From Acidobacteriaceae bacterium (GTDB lineage Bacteria; Acidobacteriota; Terriglobia; Terriglobales; Acidobacteriaceae), in the NCBI GenBank assembly GCA_049518555.1, contig JBEKRR010000013.1, positions 5,189 through 69,188 on the forward strand: 64,000 nt of DNA. Direction: 5' to 3'. The translations under genes were made by a program, and so were the position numbers. Below, one piece after another: positions 54,950 through 64,000 of the stretch (position 1 is the first letter of the stretch; each line of letters opens with the position of its first letter). The notes under the pieces were generated by a model. It made no database searches. It saw only the letters and a program-made list of their open reading frames with translations, and was not told the DNA's origin.

Positions 54950-57900
54950 GCCTGCGCGCGCCATCGTCATCTTCGGCCATGCCACAGGAGTCGTCGTTCT
55001 GGCTCTCGCGCACCTCGCGCACCATCTTCTTTCTGGTTGTTGTGCTCTCGCTGGCGGGCGTCTACGCGGCCTTCCAGGTTCCCACCGCGGTCTTCCCCGA
55101 CACCAACTTTCCCCGCGTCGTCATCGGCGTCGATAACGGCGTCATGCCGGTCGAGCAGATGCAGGTCACCATCACCAAACCCATCGAGGACGCGGTCAAC
55201 AGCGTGCCCGGCCTGCTCACCGTGCGCAGCACCACTAGCCGCGGCTCGGCCGAGGTGAGCCTCTTCTTCGACTGGAACGTGGACATGTTCCACACTCTGC
55301 AACTGGCCGATGCCGCCCTCTCCAAGGTCCGCCAGACGCTGCCTGCCACCGCCGTCATCACCACCAACCGGCTCACCTTCGCCACCTTCCCCATCCTCGG
55401 CTACGCGCTCACCGCGGACAACCGCGGGCCGGACACCATCTCCCCCACGCGCCTCTGGGAGATCGCCACCTACGACCTCAAGCCGCCGCTGAACCGCGTC
55501 GCCGGCGTTAGCACCGTCACCGTGCAGGGCGGTCAGGTTCCCGAGGTCCACATCGTTCCCGACCTCGCCCGCCTGCAGAACTCCGGCGTCACCCTCACCG
55601 ACCTCGTCAACGCCGTGCAGAACTCCAACATTATCGAATCGCCCGGCCTCTACCAGGCCAACCACGAGCTCATCCTCGCGCTGGTCGGGGCGCAGGCGCA
55701 CGACATCGCCCACCTCGCCTCGCTGGTCGTCAAGACCACCCCCAACGGCGCTCCCGTGCGCATCTCCGACGTGGCCGACGTACATCCAGGCACCGAGCCT
55801 GTCTACACCACCGTCACCGCCAACGGCGTCCCCTCCGTGCTGCTCCAGATCGCCCGCCAGCCCACCTCCAACACCGTCCAGGTTGCCAACGGAGTCGCCG
55901 CCGAGGTCGCGCAGCTCAGCCGCACCCTCCCCGCCGGCGTGCATCTCACCCCCTTCTACGACCAGTCCGAGCTGGTGCGCGAGTCCATCGCCAGCGTGCG
56001 CGACGCCATCTTCATCGGGCTTGTCCTCGCCTGCATGATTCTCTTCCTCTTCCTGCGCGACTGGTCCAGCTCGCTGGTTGCCGGCATGGTGATTCCTGTA
56101 ACCGTAGCAGTTACGATCCTCTTTCTCTGGGCCATCGGGCAGTCCTTCAACCTGATGACTCTCGGCGGTCTCGCCGCCGCCATCGGCCTGGTCATCGACG
56201 ACGCCATCGTCGTGGTGGAAAACATCGTCGTCCATCGCGACGCGGGCCAGTCGCGCACAACCGCCATTCGCATTGCATTGCATGAACTCGCCACTCCGCT
56301 GGTCTTCTCCACCATCACTCCCGTGGTTGTCTTTCTTCCGCTGATCGCCGTCACCGGAGTGACGGGCAGCTTCTTCCGCGCGCTCGCCGTCACCATGACT
56401 GCGGCGCTGCTCACCTCGCTCGCCCTCGCCGTCACCTTCACCCCCGCGCTCTCGCTCTCGCTGCTGAGCGTCCGCAAACCCGCCGGCGGCAAAGCCCGCC
56501 AGCCGCTCTTTCCATTCTTCTCCCACGGCAAGGCGGTCGACAGCCCCGCCGTGCTCGATGCCGAGCCTTCCGCCATTGCACCGCTCCCCGCCGACCCCTC
56601 TCGTGCAGCCGCGCACGCGGGACATGTGGACGGCCCCGTGATGCGGCGCGTCCTTAGCTTCCATGCGCGCGCCCTCACATGGGCGCTCACACGGCCCATC
56701 GCTCTCACCGCGCTCTGCATCGCGCTTGTCGCGGCCACCTGGTTTGCCTACAACGCGCTCGGCTCCGATCTGCTGCCCGAGATGGACGAGGGCGCCTTCA
56801 TCCTCGACTACCTCACCCCTGCAGGCACATCGCTCACAGAGACAAACCGCATCCTCCAGCACGTCGAACAGATCCTGCGCAGCACGCCCGAGGTCGAGAT
56901 CACCAGCCGCCGCACCGGCATGCAGATGGGCCTCGCCGCCGTCACCGAGGCCAACACCGGAGACTTCACCGTGCGCCTCAAACAGCACCGCGACCGCGAC
57001 ATCGAAGAGATCATGGAGGACGTCCGCGAGAGGATCAGGAAGTCCGAGCCGGCCCTCGACATCGAATTCACCCAGGTCCTGCAGGACATGATCGGCGACC
57101 TCTCCAACTCGCCCGAACCCATCCAGATCAAGCTCTTCTCCAGCGATGCCGCCCTGTTGAACCAGCTCGGCCCCAGGGTGGAGGACGCCATCAAGAAGAT
57201 TCCCGGCGTGGTCGACACGCAGAACGGCGTGGACAACACCATCTCCGGCCCGGCCACCAGCTTCCAGGTCGATCCCGTCCTCGCCGCCCGCCTCGGCTTC
57301 ACGCCCAGCGAGGTTGCCGACGATGCCACCGCAATCCTCGACGGCCTGCCCGCCAACCAGCCGATGATCGTCAACGGCCGCCCCTACACCATCCGCGTCC
57401 GCCTGCCTGAAGAGTCGCGCACCTCGCTCGACTCCATCCAGAACACGGTCTTCAACTCCGGCTCCGGCCACACCGCATCGCTCGGCTCGCTGGCGCAGGT
57501 GACCGAGCTGCCGCCGCAGAATGAGATCCTGCGCGAGAACCTGCAGCAGATGATCACGGTCAGCGGCCGTCTGGAAGGCTCAGACCTCGGGTCCGCCATG
57601 CAGCAGGTCCAGGCCACCGTCCAGAACCTCCACATCCCCTCCAGCGTGCGCGTCGAGTACGGAGGCACCTACCAGGAGCAGCAGAAGTCCTTCCGCGACC
57701 TGCTGCGCGTTCTGGTCCTCGCGCTGGCGCTGGTCTTCGGCGTGCTGCTGGCCGAGTTCCGCAACTTCTTCGCGCCCATCGCCATCCTCAGCAGCTCCGT
57801 GCTCTCCATCTCCGGCGTGGTCCTGGCGCTGCTGCTCACGCGCACCGACTTCAACGTCGCCAGCTTCATGGGGCTCATCATGGTCATCGGCATCGTCGCC

Positions 57901-58230
57901 AAGAACGGGATCCTCCTGCTCAATGCCGACGAGAAGTTCCGCGCCCAGGCTGAGATCGAGCTGCTCGACAACCCCGATGCCTTCGCCAACCGCGACCTGG
58001 CCCGCGAAGCCATGCTCCACGCCGCCCAGCGCCGTCTTCGCCCCATCGTAATGACCGCTATCGCGGCGGTCTGCGGAATGCTTCCCCTGGCCTTCGCCAT
58101 CGGCTCGGGCTCGCAGATGCTACAGCCTCTCGCTATTGCCGTCATCGGCGGCCTGCTGGTCTCCGTGGTCTTGTCGCTCATCGTCACCCCGGCCATCTAC
58201 TACCGCCTCACGCGCAGTCGCCACGCCTGA
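54946..58230 (+). CDS. RND efflux permease (AcrB/CusA superfamily)
   Basis: FPDTNFP, FNLMTLGGLAAAIGLVIDDAIVVVEN, GIVAKNGILL, RLRPIVMTA. Confidence 0.95.
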   Translation: MSLRAPSSSSAMPQESSFWLSRTSRTIFFLVVVLSLAGVYAAFQVPTAVFPDTNFPRVVIGVDNGVMPVEQMQVTITKPIEDAVNSVPGLLTVRSTTSRGSAEVSLFFDWNVDMFHTLQLADAALSKVRQTLPATAVITTNRLTFATFPILGYALTADNRGPDTISPTRLWEIATYDLKPPLNRVAGVSTVTVQGGQVPEVHIVPDLARLQNSGVTLTDLVNAVQNSNIIESPGLYQANHELILALVGAQAHDIAHLASLVVKTTPNGAPVRISDVADVHPGTEPVYTTVTANGVPSVLLQIARQPTSNTVQVANGVAAEVAQLSRTLPAGVHLTPFYDQSELVRESIASVRDAIFIGLVLACMILFLFLRDWSSSLVAGMVIPVTVAVTILFLWAIGQSFNLMTLGGLAAAIGLVIDDAIVVVENIVVHRDAGQSRTTAIRIALHELATPLVFSTITPVVVFLPLIAVTGVTGSFFRALAVTMTAALLTSLALAVTFTPALSLSLLSVRKPAGGKARQPLFPFFSHGKAVDSPAVLDAEPSAIAPLPADPSRAAAHAGHVDGPVMRRVLSFHARALTWALTRPIALTALCIALVAATWFAYNALGSDLLPEMDEGAFILDYLTPAGTSLTETNRILQHVEQILRSTPEVEITSRRTGMQMGLAAVTEANTGDFTVRLKQHRDRDIEEIMEDVRERIRKSEPALDIEFTQVLQDMIGDLSNSPEPIQIKLFSSDAALLNQLGPRVEDAIKKIPGVVDTQNGVDNTISGPATSFQVDPVLAARLGFTPSEVADDATAILDGLPANQPMIVNGRPYTIRVRLPEESRTSLDSIQNTVFNSGSGHTASLGSLAQVTELPPQNEILRENLQQMITVSGRLEGSDLGSAMQQVQATVQNLHIPSSVRVEYGGTYQEQQKSFRDLLRVLVLALALVFGVLLAEFRNFFAPIAILSSSVLSISGVVLALLLTRTDFNVASFMGLIMVIGIVAKNGILLLNADEKFRAQAEIELLDNPDAFANRDLAREAMLHAAQRRLRPIVMTAIAAVCGMLPLAFAIGSGSQMLQPLAIAVIGGLLVSVVLSLIVTPAIYYRLTRSRHA

Positions 58231-58432
58231 GGCAGCTGCACGCCATCCCGAGCCGCAAACCGTGCTGTCAAGCCCCTGGGTGCCGCGTCACAGAGCAATT
58301 AGTCCATCAAGTATCGCTGTATCAACAACTTATTTCCACGCGAACGAGTAAGACTCGTCGCCATAGAAGAGATGCGGAATCCAGTAAAATAAATAACCGC
58401 AGGGGAAGATCGACGCAACAGGGAGCCAGACT

Positions 58433-59383
58433 ATGGAGTTGAGACAGCTTGGCAATTCGGAGATGTGGCTCACGCCGATCGGCTTTGGCGCGTGGGCCAT
58501 TGGCGGCGGCAACTGGGCTTTCTCCTGGGGACCGCAGGACGACAACGCATCCATCGCGGCCATCCGCAAGGCCATCGACCTCGGCATCAACTGGATCGAC
58601 ACGGCGGCGATCTATGGGCTTGGCCACTCCGAGACGATCGTCGGGGAGGCGGTGAAGCAGTCGCCGGTCAAGCCATTCCTCTTCACCAAGAGCGGCATGG
58701 TGTGGGACGACAGGCGCGGGATCAAGCGCACCCTGCTCGAGATCCGCCGCGAAGTGGAAGACAGTCTGCGCCGGTTGCAGGTGGAGGCCATCGACCTCTA
58801 CCAGATCCACTGGCCGGTGGAGGATGCTGACATCGAAGAGGGCTGGACCGCGATGGCCGAGCTGAAGCACCAAGGCAAGGTGCACCACATCGGCGTGTCG
58901 AACTTCTCGGTCGAGCAGATGGAGCGCTGCATGAAGATCGCTCCCATCACATCGCTGCAGCCGCCCTACTCGCTGCTCAACCGCGCGGTGGAGGCGGAGG
59001 TTCTGCCCTTTTGCATGGACCACGGGATCGGCGTCATCAACTACTCGCCGCAGGCATCCGGCCTGCTGAGCGGCGCGATGACCAAAGAGCGGGTCGCCAA
59101 CCTGCCGGAGGACGACTTCCGGCGCAACGCAAAGCAGTTCCAGGAACCGCTGCTCAGCCGTAATCTGGCTCTCGCCGATCTGCTCCGGCAGATCGGAGCG
59201 CGCCGTGGCGTCTCGGCGGGCGTCGTAGCCATCGCCTGGACGCTGGCCAACCCTGCCATCACCGCGGCCATCGTGGGTGGGCGCAGCCCGCAGCAGGTGG
59301 AGGGGGTGTGGCCGGCTGTGACCTACCGTCTAACTCGCGAGGAAATGCAGGAGATTCAGTCATTTATGGACGCCAATCGCTGA
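58433..59383 (+). CDS. Aldo/keto reductase
   Basis: IGFGAWAIGG, IDTAAIYG, FTKSG, IDLYQIHWP, IGVSNF, QPPYSLL, YSPQASGLL. Confidence 0.93.
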   Translation: MELRQLGNSEMWLTPIGFGAWAIGGGNWAFSWGPQDDNASIAAIRKAIDLGINWIDTAAIYGLGHSETIVGEAVKQSPVKPFLFTKSGMVWDDRRGIKRTLLEIRREVEDSLRRLQVEAIDLYQIHWPVEDADIEEGWTAMAELKHQGKVHHIGVSNFSVEQMERCMKIAPITSLQPPYSLLNRAVEAEVLPFCMDHGIGVINYSPQASGLLSGAMTKERVANLPEDDFRRNAKQFQEPLLSRNLALADLLRQIGARRGVSAGVVAIAWTLANPAITAAIVGGRSPQQVEGVWPAVTYRLTREEMQEIQSFMDANR

Positions 59384-59591
59384 TCCACTGATGAGGCGGC
59401 GTGGGACTCAGGGGCAGAAATGGCGGGCCGCCCGGCCGTGTCAATTCCATTCTTGGTTACCTTTGCCTAAAAAAATGCAACTTATGTGTCATTGTGCCCA
59501 AATGGTGGGTGGCACAATGATCAAGTAGCATAAACTTTGGTAACCATACGGCTCGATGTGGGGCTATTATGGGTTCTCCAAAGGAGGAATC

Positions 59592-59918
59592 TTGACCGTT
59601 TGGCAGAAGCTTGGAGCGAGGGATGCCATCCGGACCGCTGTCCGCTTCCCTCTCAGGCTTGCGCTCCATTTGAAGACGGAGGATGGGATAGTCGAAGCTA
59701 CAACACGAGACATCTCCTCCAATGGCCTTCTGTTCACAACCACCTATCTGCCGAAGATAGGCAACCGCATAGAGTTCACCATGGATATGCCGTCGGAAGT
59801 CATGGGTTGGGCGAGCGATGTTTCCATCCACTGCACGGGACGAGTTGTGCGCCATCAACACATGGGACAGGAATCGATGGTGGCGGTTGTGATCGACGAA
59901 TACTCTCTCAGGGTCTAA
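59592..59918 (+). CDS. Stand-alone PilZ-domain protein
   Basis: RTAVR (RxxxR) and DISSNG (DxSxxG); TTG start with SD AAGGAGG. Confidence 0.85.
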   Translation: MTVWQKLGARDAIRTAVRFPLRLALHLKTEDGIVEATTRDISSNGLLFTTTYLPKIGNRIEFTMDMPSEVMGWASDVSIHCTGRVVRHQHMGQESMVAVVIDEYSLRV

Positions 59919-59922
59919 ATCA

Positions 59923-60753
59923 ATGATGACTTCACCTCTCAATTCGGAAAAGTCCAAGCCCATCGGCCACATGCAACCCGCCCCCAACGGCCATGTGCAG
60001 CCCACTCACAACGACCATGAACAGCCTGGCGCTGCACCGGGCATTCGCGTCATCCTCGCCGACTCGCAGGCAATCTACCGTGTCGGCATGAAGAAGGTAT
60101 TCGCGCTGGAAGACGACATCCGGGTGGTGGCGCAGGCCGAGACGCTGACCAATCTGTACGCCGCGCTGGAACGCCACCCGACCGATGTGGTGGTCCTGGA
60201 AGGCCAACTGATCGCCGGCACCATCGACGCCATCCCCGACCTGGTCAAGCGCTGCCCCGACGCCAAGCTGATCGTCCAGGTGGTGGAGTCCGATGAAGAC
60301 AATATCGTGGAGCTCTATCGCCGCGGCGTACGCGGCGTGGTGCCCCGCTCCATCTCCCCGGACCTGCTGATCAAATGCGTTCGCAAGATCGCCGACGGCG
60401 AGACCTGGATCGACAACCAGTCCATCAGTTGGGTGATTGAGGCCTATCGCTCGCAGGCCAGCTCGCTGACCAGCCCGCGTGTCCTGCCCAAGCTCACCAA
60501 GAAAGAGCTGGCCATCATCAGCTGCATCACGCGCGGCATGAGGAACAAGGAGATCGCCTACCAGATCGGCACCACCGAACAGGTGATCAAGAACTACCTG
60601 CGCAAGGTATACGACAAGCTGGGCGTCAGCGACCGCCTCGAACTCGCGCTCTACTGCCTGCACCACCAGTTGCTGAAGAGCTACGTGCAGGAGACGGAGG
60701 TCATCCCGTTGCCTCCGGTGGCCCAGGTGACGCCGCTGCGCGCAAAGATGTAG
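59923..60753 (+). CDS. NarL/LuxR-family regulator with atypical receiver
   Basis: LTKKELAII...GMRNKEIA...VIKNYLRKVYDKLGVSDRLEL HTH; degenerate receiver residues. Confidence 0.88.
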   Translation: MMTSPLNSEKSKPIGHMQPAPNGHVQPTHNDHEQPGAAPGIRVILADSQAIYRVGMKKVFALEDDIRVVAQAETLTNLYAALERHPTDVVVLEGQLIAGTIDAIPDLVKRCPDAKLIVQVVESDEDNIVELYRRGVRGVVPRSISPDLLIKCVRKIADGETWIDNQSISWVIEAYRSQASSLTSPRVLPKLTKKELAIISCITRGMRNKEIAYQIGTTEQVIKNYLRKVYDKLGVSDRLELALYCLHHQLLKSYVQETEVIPLPPVAQVTPLRAKM

Positions 60754-60785
60754 CCGGGCGGCAGATATTCAGTCCCACCACACAA

Positions 60786-60822
60786 AACCGTCACTCTGGC
60801 CGGGCCGGAATGACGGTTCTTT
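60786..60822. terminator. Bidirectional terminator
   Basis: aaccgtca...tgacggtt with A- and T-rich flanks between convergent genes. Confidence 0.7.
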
Positions 60823-60855
60823 GCGCATACCCTCCACTTTGTGAGGTAATCGCCG

Positions 60856-61434
60856 CTACTGCTTGTCGATCTCCACGTCGACGGTGAACTTCACCTCATC
60901 GCCGATCAGTGGCGGCGGAAACTTCGCCCCGAAGCCATAGTCGCTGCGCTTGATCGTTCCGCTGGCGGAGAAGCCGCTGATCGTCTTGCCCTGCATCGTC
61001 TGTGGCGGCGTCGGGCCGTCAAGATCCAGCGTCACGCTCTTCGTCACGCCGTCGATGGTCAGGTCGCCAATCAGCCGCAGCTTGCCGCCGGAGTTCGTCA
61101 GCGAGGTGGACTGGAACGTCATTACCGGGTACTTCGCAATGTTGAAGAAGGCGTCGGTCTTCAGGTGCGTGTCGCGCTGCGCTACTCCGGTCGAGACGGT
61201 GGTGGTGTCAATGGTCGCGGCCACCGAAGATTTGGTGATGTCTTTCTCGTTCAGCGTGACCGTGCCCTTCACGTTGCCGAACGCGCCGTGGACGTGGCTG
61301 ACGCCCATGTGAACAATCTCGAAGTTGACGCTGGAGTGCGCCGGGTCGATGGCCCAGGTGGACGTTTGGGCGTACGCATGGACCGAAAGCAAGGTTCCAG
61401 CCAGAGTGAGTGTGAGGATCAGTCTCTTCATCAT
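60856..61434 (-). CDS. YceI-family periplasmic protein
   Basis: Signal peptide; WAIDPAHSSVNF, RDTHLK..FF, GDLTIDGVTK, IKRSDYG. Confidence 0.92.
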   Translation of the reverse strand: MMKRLILTLTLAGTLLSVHAYAQTSTWAIDPAHSSVNFEIVHMGVSHVHGAFGNVKGTVTLNEKDITKSSVAATIDTTTVSTGVAQRDTHLKTDAFFNIAKYPVMTFQSTSLTNSGGKLRLIGDLTIDGVTKSVTLDLDGPTPPQTMQGKTISGFSASGTIKRSDYGFGAKFPPPLIGDEVKFTVDVEIDKQ

Positions 61435-61564
61435 CGGTATTTTCGTTCTTCTTTCTTCATTCAGACTCGCCGCAATCCGGAAGGCGGCGTACTGGTTGGA
61501 TGAGCTCCACGCCGCGCAGGATGCTGGCAAACTTGCAGTCATGGAAGAATGCTAGGATTCTGCG

Positions 61565-62875
61565 ATGCCATTTTTCAGTGAACTCCGTGCGCTTACCCGG
61601 GCCCAGCGCAACACGTTCTCTGCCTGCTTCCTGGGCTGGACGCTCGACGCCTTCGATTTTTTTCTGCTCACCTTCTGCCTGAAGGCGATCGCCGCCGACT
61701 TTCACGTCGGCGTCAAGCAGGTCGCCGAGGCCATCTTCTGGACGCTGGTCATGCGTCCCGTCGGCGCGTTGCTGTTCGGAGCAATGGCAGAACGATACGG
61801 CCGCCGTCCCACGCTGATGGTCAACGTCGTCTCCTTCTCCGTCTTTGAATTTGCCTCCGCCTTCGCGCCCACGCTGCACAGCTTTCTCATCTGCCGCGCG
61901 CTCTTCGGCATCGCCATGGGCGGCGAGTGGGGTGTCGGCGCCGCGCTCGCCCTGGAGACCCTCCCAGCCCGGGGGCGCGGCTTCTTCTCCGGCCTGCTGC
62001 AGGAAGGCTATGTCGTCGGCAGCCTGCTGGCCGCTGCGGTCTTTGGCCTGCTCTTCCCGCACCTGCACGGCGCCGGCATGATGACAAACTGGCGCGTGAT
62101 GTTCATGATCGGTGCGCTGCCCGCGTTGCTCGCCTTCTACCTGCGATTCAAGGTCAAAGAGTCGCCCACATGGATCGCCAGCCGCAATCGGCGGCGCCTG
62201 GCTGCGAAGGTTCGCACCGATATGGCGCGCATCAGGGCGATCTTCAAGATCTCCCTCGCTTATATACCAAGCTTTCTCTTTCTTGTCGTCCTGATGACCG
62301 CCTTCACCTCGTTCTCGCACGGCACGCAGGACCTCTACCCAACCTTCCTGCTCGACCGCGGCATCAGCGACAGCCACGTCGGCCTCATCGCCGCCATCGG
62401 CAACGTCGGCGCGTTTGTCGGCGGCATCTGCTGCGGGGCGCTCTCTGAAAAGCTCGGCCGCAGAAAGACCATCCTTCTGGCCGCGCTATTCGCCATTCCC
62501 ATGGTGCCACTGTGGGCCTGGTCGCACTCCATGGCAGCCCTGGCCGCGGGCGGGTTCCTGATGCAGTTCATGGTGCAGGGCGCGTGGGGAATCATCCCCG
62601 CGCACCTGAACGAGCTGGCGCCGGGGCCGGTGCGCGCTGTCTTTCCCGGCGTCGCCTACCAGCTCGGAAACCTGCTCTCGTCGCGCAATGCGGTCTTCCA
62701 GGCGGCCTACGCCACTCGCCACAACGGCGGCGCATTGAACGTCGCGCTCTCCGGGACGGTGGTCATCGTCGCCGTCATCGTCGCCGTAGTCACTGCGCTC
62801 GGTCCCGAGGCCAAAGGAAGCAATCTCGCCGGCGTGAGCAGAGACGCAGACCTGGCAGAAATTACGGCGCCGTGA
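61565..62875 (+). CDS. MFS transporter, SHS (Jen1/NanT-like) carboxylate:H+ symporter family
   Basis: FLGWTLDAFDFF, RPVGA, AERYGRR, GGEWG, QEGY, SHGTQDLYPTFL, QGAWG..P. Confidence 0.88.
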   Translation: MPFFSELRALTRAQRNTFSACFLGWTLDAFDFFLLTFCLKAIAADFHVGVKQVAEAIFWTLVMRPVGALLFGAMAERYGRRPTLMVNVVSFSVFEFASAFAPTLHSFLICRALFGIAMGGEWGVGAALALETLPARGRGFFSGLLQEGYVVGSLLAAAVFGLLFPHLHGAGMMTNWRVMFMIGALPALLAFYLRFKVKESPTWIASRNRRRLAAKVRTDMARIRAIFKISLAYIPSFLFLVVLMTAFTSFSHGTQDLYPTFLLDRGISDSHVGLIAAIGNVGAFVGGICCGALSEKLGRRKTILLAALFAIPMVPLWAWSHSMAALAAGGFLMQFMVQGAWGIIPAHLNELAPGPVRAVFPGVAYQLGNLLSSRNAVFQAAYATRHNGGALNVALSGTVVIVAVIVAVVTALGPEAKGSNLAGVSRDADLAEITAP

Positions 62876-63458
62876 TCGCGACGTAGCGGTCGGTCGTCTC
62901 CCAGCGCATGTGCAGCTCGGTCGATGTGGGTGTGGTGTTCTCGAAGCTGAGGCTCATCCCCTCCTGCGGCGCGGCCATCGGCTTGGCCAGCATGGGAATG
63001 CGGCCCAGGTCCATGCTCTGGTTGTACGTCAGGCCCCATTGCCCGGTCTGGTTGTTGATGATGAGCTGCCAGGCGTCCGCGCTGGGCAGCGTGTAGATGG
63101 TGTGCGTGCCCGCCGGAACCAGCAGCGTGCCGAACTTCAGCGGCACCGTGGTAATGAGGGTGGTCGCGGGGTTCGCGCCCGTCCGCCACACCTTGCCGTA
63201 GGGGACGAGCGCGCCCATGATCTTGCGTCCGCGCATCTGCGGCGAGTTGTATTTGATGGTGATGCTGCCCCCGGCGATGGTGACGTTGGCGGTTGCGGGC
63301 GGGCTGGGCATCGCGGCTGGCGGTTGCCCGCCGCCCATGGGTGCTCCGCCCATCTGTGCGATGAGCGCGGTTGAGGCGACAGCCAGCAGCGCGACCGAGG
63401 CGAGGGCGGCGAGCGGGCGGAAGGAGGGGATGCGCAGGTGCGATGAATGAACTCTCAT
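62862..63458 (-). CDS. DUF2911-family exported protein
   Basis: SPPATA, YNSPQMRGRKI.G.LVPYGKVWRTGANPAT, GQWG; 14-bp convergent overlap with the MFS gene. Confidence 0.85.
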   Translation of the reverse strand: MRVHSSHLRIPSFRPLAALASVALLAVASTALIAQMGGAPMGGGQPPAAMPSPPATANVTIAGGSITIKYNSPQMRGRKIMGALVPYGKVWRTGANPATTLITTVPLKFGTLLVPAGTHTIYTLPSADAWQLIINNQTGQWGLTYNQSMDLGRIPMLAKPMAAPQEGMSLSFENTTPTSTELHMRWETTDRYVAITAP

Positions 63459-63908
63459 GGTCTTCTCTCTCTTCGAGCGGTCGGATTTGGAGGCGGGGTG
63501 AGCGCCGAGCTTCCTTGGAAATGAGCCGTTCCTGCTTGGTGAGTGCTATTCCTGTTTTGCAAGCCTCATCGTGCTCGATGCTCGACTCCGCAGGGGTGGG
63601 CTGTCAAGCACGCAGATGCGATGCGGCCCGCGCGGCGAGATACCGCCGCATCGCTTTCCCGGCAGGGAAGCCGGCGACGGGAGACATCTGCTGACGCATC
63701 TTCCCACGGACGCGGTAACGCCATTCCCAGACCTCGCCGCCCCGTGCTCGTGTGGCCTTGCGAATCGACCCTCTCTGATATGATGATCCTGTGCGTCCCT
63801 CACCTTCCTGTCACGTTTCGTTTGCAGCGCGCCGTGACAATAGCCACCATCGCTCATGTGGGGATTGTGGGGACAGATTATTCTATAAATTATTGAAAAA
63901 TAAAGATT

Positions 63909-63983
63909 GCGGGAGTAACTCAGTGGTAGAGTCTCAGCCTTCCAAGCTGTTGGTCGCGGGTTCAATTCCCGTCTCCCGCTCCA
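63909..63983 (+). tRNA. tRNA-Gly (anticodon UCC)
   Basis: Full cloverleaf: GCGGGAG/CTCCCGC acceptor, U73, encoded CCA, anticodon TCC at 63941-43, T-loop TTCAATT. Confidence 0.96.
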
Positions 63984-64000
63984 GATTGTTGCAGGCGCTA

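Noticed and set aside
61565-62875. Jen1-like MFS as the lactate exporter of the BMC
   Set aside because: More than 15 kb from the BMC genes, separated by unrelated operons, with no shared motif.
63655-63720. Cobalamin riboswitch (GGGAAGCCGG)
   Set aside because: The following GGTG-AA-TCC and CCCCGCAACTGT core motifs are absent, and no B12 gene is downstream.
63909-64000. tRNA-Gly as an attachment site of an integrated element
   Set aside because: No integrase or duplicated tRNA 3' end in the window; the downstream side is cut off after 17 bp, so this is untestable here.

Overview
GC-rich bacterial chromosomal segment, most likely Acidobacteriota (Terriglobia/Acidobacteriaceae-like). This is inferred from the Oar-type TonB receptor, the C-terminal architecture of the giant surface protein and the REP-like repeats; it is not verified by search. 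About 49 CDS and one tRNA-Gly(UCC). Contents in order: housekeeping genes (nadK, tlyA, mnmE, mutY, DinG/YoaA helicase); an ECF sigma with an RskA-type anti-sigma broken by one in-frame TAA; glycan genes (PL4 rhamnogalacturonan lyase, galK/galT, Tat-exported GH63/MGH1-like hydrolase); a 2048-aa NHL/Ig-like surface protein divergent from a TonB-dependent receptor; mntR/mntH with a perfect DtxR-type operator; a YXWGXW lipoprotein; an orphan AT-richer HNH gene. The centrepiece (37.0-49.8 kb) is a complete bacterial microcompartment locus: DeoR, class II aldolase, 3 BMC-P, acylating aldehyde dehydrogenase, 3 BMC-H, PduL, acetate kinase, and divergently PduS plus a Cys-bearing PduT, followed by the pntAA/AB/B transhydrogenase. 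It resembles the fucose/rhamnose PVM metabolosome but has no alcohol/lactate dehydrogenase and no B12 enzyme, which suggests a different redox-balancing design. After it come a two-component system with a tripartite RND pump, an aldo-keto reductase, a PilZ protein with a pseudo-receiver LuxR regulator, YceI, an SHS-family MFS and DUF2911. Short selfish repeats (TTCCCTG heptamers, REP-like palindromes) have inserted in frame into tlyA and mnmE. No CRISPR array, transposase, integrase or rRNA was seen. All calls come from motif recognition by eye; no database searches were run.
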